Source: Myxococcota bacterium (GTDB lineage Bacteria; Myxococcota_A; SURF-8; G963663525). Taken from it: 18,187 nucleotides of DNA. Shown in pieces: positions 1 through 6,451 of the stretch. Position 1 is the stretch's first letter. The number at the start of each line of letters is the position of its first letter. Below the pieces are notes generated by a model. That model did no database searches and was not told the origin of the DNA. It saw nothing but the letters and a program-made list of their open reading frames with translations. A program made the translations under genes and the position numbers. The stretch lies in NCBI GenBank assembly GCA_963676915.2, contig CAXXVK010000034.1, positions 1 through 18,187 of the forward strand, read 5' to 3'.

Positions 1-43
1 TTTTTCTTTGGCCTGGAAAATTCCATTAAAAATATGATTGGAC

Positions 44-71
44 TTGCCAAAAATGTTCAACTCCCTATAAT
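44..71 (+). promoter_or_regulatory. Putative sigma70-type promoter for the ZipA-like gene
   Basis: TTGCCA (44-49), 16-bp spacer, perfect TATAAT (66-71), in an AT-rich stretch upstream of the 163 start. Confidence 0.5.
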
Positions 72-162
72 AACAAGTGATATTTAACTATTTGCGTCCT
101 GTTTGCGGTGTCTGTGTGAAGGAGAACGTTCTTCGCGCTGACCGATGAATTGACGGGGGTCC

Positions 163-1320
163 GTGAGCGATATGGCAAACGTCGGAATGGATTCTTTCTT
201 GGTTCTAATTTCGATCGCTGTACTTCTAATTCTCGTTGTGGCGTATGTCGTGGCGAGGCACAACGCGAAAAAATCCAAGCAATTGGAGGAAGTTACGGAC
301 GATTCCTTTGTGGATGACAATCCTCGGTTCACCTCGGAAACGGTGATACAAGAAGAGAACTCCCAGGCATTGAAGTCCATGGGAAGCGAAGATGTTCGCG
401 AGATTCTAAGCGTAAACTTGAAAGCCTATCAAAAAGAAAACTCTACCGAATCGACGGATGAATATCTGCCCGACGAAAAAAGCGATTGGGTGGTGAGTTT
501 GGAGATTCGAAACGTTACGGAGATCGAACGGGAAGAAGTCCTGCGAATTTTCGATAGCGCCTGGCGCGAAGCCAATGGAACGCCGGAATTGTATGGAAAA
601 TCCGTTGAGACTGGAAAGTGGGCATTCCTGCTGGCGTCCGATGCCCCGGAAACGGTTTCCCAGGTACGATTTGCTTGGAAACTGTACCAGGATGAAGACC
701 AGGACCGCCCCAGCCTATGGACTCAAACCGATTTACGTTCGTTCCTCAATGCAACCAAAGTTGCTGGTGCGCAAATGGGGGATATCGTCATCGGTTCGAG
801 AACAACTCCCGAACAAGGTGGAGAACGTGCCGAATTTTTGAAAAACCTTGCCGAAGATTGCGATTGGACCGCCGGAATCGTTTTGAAAGCGGGAGAAGGA
901 AAAACCTTCCAAGGTAAAGATGTTTGGGACGTTATGATGAGTCTCGGTCTGCAATGGGGTGACATGGAAATTTTCCATTGGGTCAACGATAGCGGATTGG
1001 GAGACGACTCTTTCTTCAGCGTCTGGTCTTCGACCTCTCCCGGCTATTTTATTCGTGACCAGATCGAAGCCGGAGAGGTTCAGGTGGACGACCTCGTGTT
1101 CGGCTTCGCGATTCCTCGGTGCATCGATCCGGTACAAATCTACGATGCGATGCTCGAAGCCGCCCGCTATGCCAAAGAAAGGCTGGGGGGAGAGTTGCTG
1201 GATACCAACGGTGATACATTGCAGGATGAGGCTCTGAAAAAGGAAATCGAAGAAGCGGTTCGGCAGCTCGATGAATCCGGGTATCCTCCGGGCAGCGATG
1301 CATCTTTGTACGTTTTTTGA
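163..1320 (+). CDS. Membrane-anchored protein with a C-terminal ZipA FtsZ-binding-like domain
   Basis: N-terminal TM helix (FLVLISIAVLLILVVAYVV) followed by basic residues and an acidic linker. The C-terminal LGLQWGDMEIFH...FFSV...PGYF...FAIP...MLEAARYAKERLGGELLD resembles the ZipA_C pattern (GFIFGDMNIYH...LFSL...PGTF...MLQSAQHIADEVGGVVLD). The start could be GTG163, ATG172 or ATG187. Confidence 0.75.
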   Translation: MSDMANVGMDSFLVLISIAVLLILVVAYVVARHNAKKSKQLEEVTDDSFVDDNPRFTSETVIQEENSQALKSMGSEDVREILSVNLKAYQKENSTESTDEYLPDEKSDWVVSLEIRNVTEIEREEVLRIFDSAWREANGTPELYGKSVETGKWAFLLASDAPETVSQVRFAWKLYQDEDQDRPSLWTQTDLRSFLNATKVAGAQMGDIVIGSRTTPEQGGERAEFLKNLAEDCDWTAGIVLKAGEGKTFQGKDVWDVMMSLGLQWGDMEIFHWVNDSGLGDDSFFSVWSSTSPGYFIRDQIEAGEVQVDDLVFGFAIPRCIDPVQIYDAMLEAARYAKERLGGELLDTNGDTLQDEALKKEIEEAVRQLDESGYPPGSDASLYVF

Positions 1321-1432
1321 TATTTTTGCATCTTTCGAACATCTTTGTTTCGTTCGCGAATCATCATTCTGATCAAACATATCCTTTTTTGCGGCGAATC
1401 GAACGAAAACAAGCAAACGGGAGCGTTTACGA

Positions 1433-4400
1433 ATGACTTTTCGGAATTGGGTATGGATTCCTGTCCTGTTGGTATGTCTTGGAATGCCTGGATGGAGTCA
1501 GGCGGACGACTCCTTGCAACTCGAATCCATTCGGCAGGCGATTCAGCGGCAAGGTGCAACCTGGGAGGCGGCGGAGACGTCGTTTTCTCGACTGACACCC
1601 GCCGAGAGACTCCGGCACATGGGATGGAATCCTCCTGAAAATCTCAGGAAAAACAAACGGTTCGAACCGGCTTCGGTTTATCCTTTGCCTAGAAAGCTTG
1701 ACTGGCGCGATCATGGCGGCAACTGGGTCACTCCCGTTCAACAGCAGGGAGCGTGCGGAAGTTGCTGGGCTTTTGCGTCGATTGCCGCCATCGAGTCGGC
1801 CTTGCTGCTCAGTGAAGGCAAAACCTACGACGAATGGCCGATCGATCTCTCGGAAGGACAGGCGTTTGCCTGTGCCCCCGCTTCCGTGAGTTGCGAAACG
1901 GGAGGCAATGCAGAGTACACCTACAATATAGGGATGGACGACGGCATCACGGTAGAGGAATGCCTCGACTACGACAGCTATCTCGTGCTTGGCTCCAAAA
2001 ACGATATTGCCTGCGAATACGAATGTGACGACTGGCAGGATAGGGTCTATAAACTGCGTGGATACGCCTATGTCACAACGGGAGATTACCACTACCCCGA
2101 GGATATCGAGCGCGTCAAAGCGGCTTTGCAATATGGTCCCGTGGTGGCTGGTTTGGCGATTTTTTCCGACTTCAGCTACTACTCGGGCGGTATTTATCGA
2201 CACGTCTGGGGAGAATACGAGGCCGGACATCTGGTATTGCTCGTAGGATATGATAGCGACGAAGGATATTGGATTGCAAAAAACAGTTGGGGTGGATTCT
2301 GGGGAGAAGAAGGCGGTTATTTTCGTGTGGCTTTCGATGATGCGGCGACGAACATCATGCGTTGGGTGTCGATGCCTTTTGTCGAGGGCGACGAGCCGCC
2401 CGGTAGTTCCTGCAACAACCCCATAGAGCTCGATTTCGACGATGATGGCGTCGCCGAGCGCTTTTTCGATAGCGGACACACCTCTTTCGGTAGCGCTATC
2501 AACGGTTCCTGTGGCGGCTACGGCAAGCAAGTGGTGCTTCGTTTCGATGTCGACCAGGCTTCCGCTTTCACGGCTACGTTGGACGGCTCGGACGCCGTGC
2601 TGTACCTGCGTGAACAATGCGACGACGAACAAAGCGAGCTTGCCTGCGATAGCGGCAGCACGTCCTATCCCGGTATCGGGGATTGCTATATTACCGTCGA
2701 AAACCTCGATCCCGGCACGTATTTCCTGTTTGCCGATTCCAGCCACACGGACGCTGGCGAGTGGTTTCACCTGCAAGCGGAATTGCATCCCAAACGCGGA
2801 CTGCTGCACGTGGAGCCTTCGAGTGTAACGGTTTACGCCAAACAAGATCGTTCGATTTTGTGGTTCGATCCGGCTCAAGAACTTCTCTTATCCAATCTCG
2901 GAACGAAGACGATCGACTACGAAACGTCGGTGGAAGGGGAGGGCATTTCCCTGGAAGGTACCACCTCGGGGAGCCTCGATCCTGTCGTGTCCATCGAGGA
3001 CGGCTCCTCCGTTCTTCTTCAGGCTGCGGACCCGATTCAACCGGTCACGCCCGAGGTGATCGTGCGTTCCGAAGGCGTACCCGGAGCACCGGCCACGGTT
3101 GCGGTGGATGTCCGAACGTTTCCATATGGCATGGAATCTTTCCTCGAAAACCCGCAGCGGCTCCCTCGTCTAGGCAATTCACCGTACACGATGACATTGA
3201 CCAGCGAGGTGGAAGGCTCGGTGTACGATGTTTCGTTGTGTCTCAAGGTGCAAGGCGGAGAAATGGGTACTTTTTCCGCTACGTTGGAAACACCCGCCGG
3301 GCGGAAGCTCGAACTGTTCGAGAACAATCCCCGTGACCGCAGAGCGGTAGGCCCGATGATCTGTTTCGGCCCGGATAATCCTCCTTTCGAAGACCTTAAC
3401 GCCCTTGTGGGTGATGAAGCATTGGGAGATTGGACGTTTCATCTCAACTCGGACAACTGGGCCGAATTTGAGGGAGCGGCTTTGTTTTTCGCCACGATGC
3501 CGTGTGACGTTTCCCACTGCGACGACGGCAACGCCTGTACCGCAGATATCTGCCTGGAGGGCGAAGTCTGCGATTACCGCAACATGAAATTCGGTCTTCC
3601 GTGCGTAGACGATCTCTATTGCACGGTATACGAACACTGCGACGAGGGTCAGTGCGTGGGAGCCGAGCGGGAACCGACCTTCGATTTCCCGGATTGCGGT
3701 GTGCCCGACTGCAACGAAGAGGAACAAAAAGTCACTATCGAACCGATGGACGACCGTTGCGACGATGCCAACGTTTGCAACGGTGAAGAAACCTGCAATT
3801 TACTGTTGGGTTGCATGGCGGGTGAACCGCTCGAACTGGACGACGGAATCGACTGCACCAACGATGGTTGCGATGAAATCGACGGCGTATTTCACGAGCC
3901 GGACGACAGCCTTTGTCCCGAAGCTACGGATGAATGCCACGAGCCGTATTGTGACGCGCAAAAAGGGTGTTCCGTTTCATTCAAAGAGCAAGCGGCCTGC
4001 ACCATGACGACTGGCGCAGACGGCATTTGCGACGAGGACGCCTGTATCGCCATTCAGACCGGAAGCTTTTGCACGGATGCCGTTGTGCTCGAACCGGGAG
4101 AACATGGATTTTCTTTTTCCGAATTGAAGCAGTATGACACCGCCGGGTCCAAATGTGTGTCGGAAAACGAAACGCCTGGAAAACGCATGTATTTCCGGCC
4201 TTCTACAACTCCCGTTGACGTGACGCTTTCTTCGACCGGTGGAAAACTGCTGGCGCTTTCTTCCTGTAGCGGCGATTGCCTGGACCTCGTGACGAACGAC
4301 GATGCAGGCCAGACGCTACGATTCGATAATCCTGAGTCGGTATTGGCTGTTGTGAATATCGGGGATTCCGCAACCGAAAGTTTTACACTGACGATCCGAA

Positions 4401-4510
4401 AAATTTCCTCCTCCAGTGGTTGCCGTGCGGTTGGTAACTCCCAAGGCTGGATCGGCGTTTTTCTGATGCTTTGGCTTGTGGGATCTAGAAAACGTTTTGG
4501 GCTAAGGTAA
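1433..4510 (+). CDS. Secreted/surface C1A (papain-family) cysteine peptidase with accessory domains (P-domain-like, Cys-rich repeats) and a MYXO-CTERM-like tail
   Basis: Signal peptide. Catalytic motifs QGACGSCWAF (Cys), GHLVLLVGY (His) and YWIAKNSWG (Asn). A proprotein-convertase P-like segment (TLETPAG...LVGDEALGDWTF). Repeats CDDGNACTADIC, CVDDLYCTVYEHC, CDDANVCNGEETC and LDDGIDCTNDGC. C-terminus SSSSGC + hydrophobic helix + RKR. Confidence 0.9.
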   Translation: MTFRNWVWIPVLLVCLGMPGWSQADDSLQLESIRQAIQRQGATWEAAETSFSRLTPAERLRHMGWNPPENLRKNKRFEPASVYPLPRKLDWRDHGGNWVTPVQQQGACGSCWAFASIAAIESALLLSEGKTYDEWPIDLSEGQAFACAPASVSCETGGNAEYTYNIGMDDGITVEECLDYDSYLVLGSKNDIACEYECDDWQDRVYKLRGYAYVTTGDYHYPEDIERVKAALQYGPVVAGLAIFSDFSYYSGGIYRHVWGEYEAGHLVLLVGYDSDEGYWIAKNSWGGFWGEEGGYFRVAFDDAATNIMRWVSMPFVEGDEPPGSSCNNPIELDFDDDGVAERFFDSGHTSFGSAINGSCGGYGKQVVLRFDVDQASAFTATLDGSDAVLYLREQCDDEQSELACDSGSTSYPGIGDCYITVENLDPGTYFLFADSSHTDAGEWFHLQAELHPKRGLLHVEPSSVTVYAKQDRSILWFDPAQELLLSNLGTKTIDYETSVEGEGISLEGTTSGSLDPVVSIEDGSSVLLQAADPIQPVTPEVIVRSEGVPGAPATVAVDVRTFPYGMESFLENPQRLPRLGNSPYTMTLTSEVEGSVYDVSLCLKVQGGEMGTFSATLETPAGRKLELFENNPRDRRAVGPMICFGPDNPPFEDLNALVGDEALGDWTFHLNSDNWAEFEGAALFFATMPCDVSHCDDGNACTADICLEGEVCDYRNMKFGLPCVDDLYCTVYEHCDEGQCVGAEREPTFDFPDCGVPDCNEEEQKVTIEPMDDRCDDANVCNGEETCNLLLGCMAGEPLELDDGIDCTNDGCDEIDGVFHEPDDSLCPEATDECHEPYCDAQKGCSVSFKEQAACTMTTGADGICDEDACIAIQTGSFCTDAVVLEPGEHGFSFSELKQYDTAGSKCVSENETPGKRMYFRPSTTPVDVTLSSTGGKLLALSSCSGDCLDLVTNDDAGQTLRFDNPESVLAVVNIGDSATESFTLTIRKISSSSGCRAVGNSQGWIGVFLMLWLVGSRKRFGLR

Positions 4511-4523
4511 AAGAACTCGCCAA

Positions 4524-4566
4524 AAATTCTGGAGCGATAACGCTGGATTTCGTGTGGTGAGCAAGT
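4524..4566 (-). repeat. 43-bp diverged copy of internal comM sequence (matches 6847-6889)
   Basis: 39/43 identical to 6847-6889. All four differences fall at third codon positions, so both copies encode [14 protein letters not shown]. Confidence 0.9.
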
Positions 4567-4732
4567 TGTTCGACCTGTAACAATAATGTTTCCTAAAGCC
4601 CCCCTTATATTTCTCTTGACACGTTGTGAAATACTATGATCTCTTATCATCACACACTTTATGCTGGATCTGGAAGAGAAGGGTGAGTTTGATCCTTCCT
4701 GATACCACGGATATTATTGATAAGGAGGCATT

Positions 4733-5086
4733 ATGCAAGAAGTTGCCAGGAAGTCTGAAAATGAGAAATATTGCAGTGAATGTGGTGCAGTAATCTTAAA
4801 AAAAGCTGAAATATGTCCAAAGTGTGGAGTCAGACAAATGGCAATCCCTAACGGAATGGGAGGAGCCGTCGCAGATAACGGAAAAAGTCGTATCGCGGCG
4901 GCATTGCTTGCATTCTTCTTAGGAGGATTTGGGGTTCATAAATTCTACCTTGGCCAGGTCGGACTTGGTGTTGTTTACTTAATATTTTGCTGGACATTCA
5001 TACCAGCTATTATTGCATTCATAGACTTTATAATACTATTGACAATGAGTGATGATACTTTCAATCAAAAATATGGAAGCGCCTAA
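4733..5086 (+). CDS. TM2 (NINE)-domain membrane protein with N-terminal zinc ribbon
   Basis: Strong RBS TAAGGAGG (4721-4728). CSEC...CPKC zinc ribbon. TM2 signature KSRIAAALLAFFLGGFGVHKFYLG followed by a second TM helix. Confidence 0.9.
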   Translation: MQEVARKSENEKYCSECGAVILKKAEICPKCGVRQMAIPNGMGGAVADNGKSRIAAALLAFFLGGFGVHKFYLGQVGLGVVYLIFCWTFIPAIIAFIDFIILLTMSDDTFNQKYGSA

Positions 5087-5205
5087 TAATTCTATTTTTA
5101 CAAAGAACAGCAAGGTTGGGTAAGAAGTCCTGTAGCATGAACGTTGGGTTCTGGTGAAGAATCATTCAACCTAGTCCCACTTTCCAGCCCAGACAGCCAT
5201 CCCAT

Positions 5206-5235
5206 AAAAAACAGGTGCCTACGAAAACTCGTAAG
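5206..5235 (-). terminator. Possible intrinsic terminator downstream of the tRNA fragment
   Basis: On the minus strand, CUUACGA-GUUU-UCGUAGG forms a 7-bp stem (one G-U pair), with U6 six nucleotides later. Confidence 0.3.
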
Positions 5236-5244
5236 TGCTTGATT
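5232..5244 (-). promoter_or_regulatory. IHF-binding consensus next to the tRNA-derived att core
   Basis: Minus strand AATCAAGCACTTA matches WATCAANNNNTTR exactly, 4 bp beyond the CCA end. A weaker same-orientation match (TTTCAAGCCATTT) lies at 5357-5369. Confidence 0.55.
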
Positions 5245-5248
5245 TTAT

Positions 5249-5308
5249 TGGTGCCGAAGGGGGGACTCGAACCCCCACACCCAAATACGGGCACTAGACC
5301 CTGAATCT
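5249..5308 (-). tRNA. 3' fragment (60 nt) of tRNA-Leu(CAG); truncated and att-like, not a complete gene
   Basis: Minus strand reads AGA-TTCAGGG-TCTAG (anticodon CAG), long variable arm GCCC-GTATTT-GGGT, T-arm GGGGG-TTCGAGT-CCCCC, acceptor 3' strand CTTCGGC-A-CCA. The upstream sequence has no D-arm and no GCCGAAG 5' acceptor strand. Confidence 0.85.
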
Positions 5309-5463
5309 TTATAGAGGATATATTGGAGATTCAATACGAATCCCAATGTTTTCAGGAAATGGCTTGAAATTTCACTATATTTTCATCTTTGGGGAGCTTT
5401 TTATATATGACGTTGCCAATATCTATTTCCCCATGGGAAGAGATTCGTCGTGCAGCTTGATGC

Positions 5464-5588
5464 ACCATGGAGCGGGTGATCTTTGATGGGTGGCACAGAA
5501 TTTCGAGCACTTTTTCTTGAATTCCGGCAACTCGTTCAGGAAAAGCACGTCGTTATTAGCAAGGCTGATTTCTCCCAACTTCGGGATC
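5464..5588 (-). pseudogene. comM: Degenerate internal comM fragment (matches 6978-7118, Walker B region)
   Basis: 5464-5480 is identical to 6978-6994 (17/17). A 14-bp deletion follows. 5481-5520 vs 7009-7050 is 37/42 with two 1-bp gaps, and 5521-5588 vs 7051-7118 is 59/68. It encodes IPKLGEISLANNDVLFLNELPEFKK versus [25 protein letters not shown]. Confidence 0.9.
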
Positions 5589-5611
5589 ATTGGTGAATAT
5601 CCAGCTCGAAC

Positions 5612-6430
5612 TCACCCGAAATTCCTTGGAAAATCCGTGGTTTCCACGACACCTCGTTCCTTAATCGACAGTCCAACGGTTTTTCGTCCCGTGCCGAAGC
5701 CACGTTCTGCTTTTACGATGGTGAAGGTGTCGGTTATCGGCTGCATTCCCAGTCGAAAACGTCCCCCGCGTCCGCCACGTTGTGAGCCGTCCGGACGTGT
5801 TGACAGCGAAACGAGCGCTGTTCCTGTTCTTCGGGCACAATCGAGCAATGGAGAAATCGCCGCTGACCTGTCGTTAGAGGTGTTCAGCGATGCAAGGGGA
5901 GTGGCGTAGCGGGAATCGGTCAATACATTTGGTGCGAAAACTACGGCATCCACGCCACCCGAGGTGAGAAGCCGTTCCAGGGACGCCGCGAGGGTTTCGG
6001 GATGGGAAGCACGAAGCATAACGGTGCGTCGGGCGTCGAGTCCATGCAACGATAGCAAACGGCTTGGAAATGCGCTTTCGGGATCGATCCAAGCCACGGT
6101 AGCGCCTTCCTGCTGACTGTGCCGTATCAGGCTCATCACGAAAACGGCCCGACCGCTGCCTTCGGTTCCGATGATTTCCAACAGGTCGCCACGCGGCAGA
6201 CCATCCAGTCCCAACATGCGAAAAACATTGGGGAATCCAGCGGGGATCTGACAAGACAAAGGCGGAGTGCCTTGAGGGGATTCTTCTTTACGCTCCAATT
6301 CGTTCAGGGAACGTTGAAGATCCTGCATGGCCATCGTGAGGGCCATGCGAAAATCGTCGGCGACTCGTTGAAGCACGGTGCGTCCGGGGGATTGAGTGAG
6401 AATGTCCGATTTCTGATTTCGTGCAATCAT
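5612..6430 (-). CDS. RecA-superfamily paralogue (ImuA-like), probably ATPase-deficient and lacking the RecA C-terminal domain
   Basis: Collinear with the RecA core: LGLDGLPRGDLLEIIGTEGSGRA (RecA GGLPxGRIVEIYGPESSGKT), QQEGATVAWIDPE (QREGKTCAFIDAE), LLTSGGVDAVVFAP (LARSGAVDVIVVDS). 272 aa; starts 21 bp after the comM stop. Confidence 0.8.
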   Translation of the reverse strand: MIARNQKSDILTQSPGRTVLQRVADDFRMALTMAMQDLQRSLNELERKEESPQGTPPLSCQIPAGFPNVFRMLGLDGLPRGDLLEIIGTEGSGRAVFVMSLIRHSQQEGATVAWIDPESAFPSRLLSLHGLDARRTVMLRASHPETLAASLERLLTSGGVDAVVFAPNVLTDSRYATPLASLNTSNDRSAAISPLLDCARRTGTALVSLSTRPDGSQRGGRGGRFRLGMQPITDTFTIVKAERGFGTGRKTVGLSIKERGVVETTDFPRNFG

Positions 6431-6451
6431 GTCGTTCTCTTCAAAAATGAA

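Larger units (their letters stand above)
4567..5463. mobile_element. AT-rich islet, probable integrative-element remnant between two comM fragments
   Basis: Low GC (16/60 at 4981-5040 and 22/60 at 4741-4800, against 34/60 at 3601-3660). Contains a TM2 gene, a tRNA 3' fragment and an IHF consensus site, and is bounded by comM copies. No integrase is present. Confidence 0.6.

Noticed and set aside
1300-1347. Three CATCTTT copies around the ZipA-like stop codon
   Set aside because: Short, irregularly spaced and low in complexity, so compatible with chance.
1427-2878. Long antisense ORFs (1427-2878 minus, 6119-7060 plus, 7330-8124 alternative frame and similar)
   Set aside because: Shadow ORFs overlapping well-supported genes, expected at this GC content, with no recognisable motifs.
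4616-4650. Sigma70 promoter for the TM2 gene (TTGACA at 4616-4621)
   Set aside because: Candidate -10 hexamers lie 10, 13 or 23 bp away, not 16-18 bp, so no confident call.
4054-4653. 199-aa minus-strand ORF containing the ComM peptide [14 protein letters not shown]
   Set aside because: Mostly antisense to the protease gene. The peptide is explained by the 43-bp comM copy, and the rest has no recognisable protein features.
5249-5340. Complete or intron-containing tRNA-Leu gene
   Set aside because: No D-arm or complementary 5' acceptor strand (GCCGAAG) is found upstream, and the anticodon stem pairs for only 3 bp.
5423-5590. 55-codon minus-strand ORF starting MIPKLGEISLANNDVLFLNELPEF
   Set aside because: It is the decayed comM fragment. 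It leaves the ComM frame after about 26 codons and has no clear RBS.
5612-6430. Calling the gene recA or imuA
   Set aside because: The Walker motifs and C-terminal domain needed for RecA are missing, and there is no imuB/dnaE2 context to justify imuA.
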